A DNA stretch of 64,000 nt from Chara braunii (Eukaryota > Plantae > Charophyceae): assembly GCA_003427395.1 (NCBI GenBank), contig BFEA01000002.1:2764709-2828708 (forward strand). Reading direction: 5' to 3'. Position numbers and translations under genes: made by a program. Positions 63,707 to 64,000 of the stretch are shown one piece after another; the first letter of the stretch is position 1; each line of letters starts with the position of its first letter. The notes below the pieces were generated by a model. The model did no database searches, was not told where the DNA came from, and worked only from the letters and a program-made list of their open reading frames with translations.

Positions 63707-63922
63707 TGTTCACAGCCTTAAGGCTGCAGTATAGTGTGCTTCAGCGTCTGTGTCAAGGTGTCGCATTTTCGGCGCTTGGGGACCAAGATGCAAGTGGGTT
63801 CTTAGGGGGTGGAAATTTTGGGGGGACCGGTCTTTCAAGATATTGCGATCGACCTATTATCTACCGCATGGGAGCGGGGAACACAACCCTAAGGTAGCCA
63901 ACGCCATGAGACTAAGAGCGCG

Positions 63923-63928
<6 letters not shown>
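63707..63928 (+). repeat. Short derivative carrying the TIR start of 57340 and the tail seen at 56970-57028, between (GT)n and (GA)n
   Basis: gttcacagccttaaggctgcagtatagtg... and ccctaaggtagccaacgccatgagactaagagcgc(GA)n. Confidence 0.7.

Positions 63929-64000
<72 letters not shown>

Overview
Repeat-rich eukaryotic nuclear DNA with four N-gaps. A streptophyte alga such as Chara is inferred from the plant-type U6, the plant CDPK intron pattern with long introns, and an AT-rich plastid-type chlI fragment. Positions 1-18091 hold a decayed, head-to-tail array of a minus-strand Ty3/Gypsy-like retroelement with atypical architecture. It has gag-PR-RT-RH, a separately framed PHD-finger+integrase ORF and two to three further abutting ORFs. 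There is no CA next to the tRNA-Met PBS and no PPT next to the 3' repeat; copies are instead joined by a TATCACA-GA-TGTGATA att-like palindrome. A group II intron maturase fragment is patched into the left copy. Positions 18-27 kb are a mosaic of MITEs, a cluster of type III hammerhead ribozyme units in (TA)n next to two organellar-type tRNA-Thr(GGU) pseudogenes, chlI and atpA plastid fragments, and a retroposed U6 copy. Positions 35.4-51.3 kb carry a 7-exon minus-strand calcium-dependent protein kinase gene with degenerate EF-hands and a mitochondrial-type rps12 fragment in an intron. Positions 57.3-62.9 kb hold a non-autonomous element with long terminal inverted repeats. All calls are by eye, without database searches.
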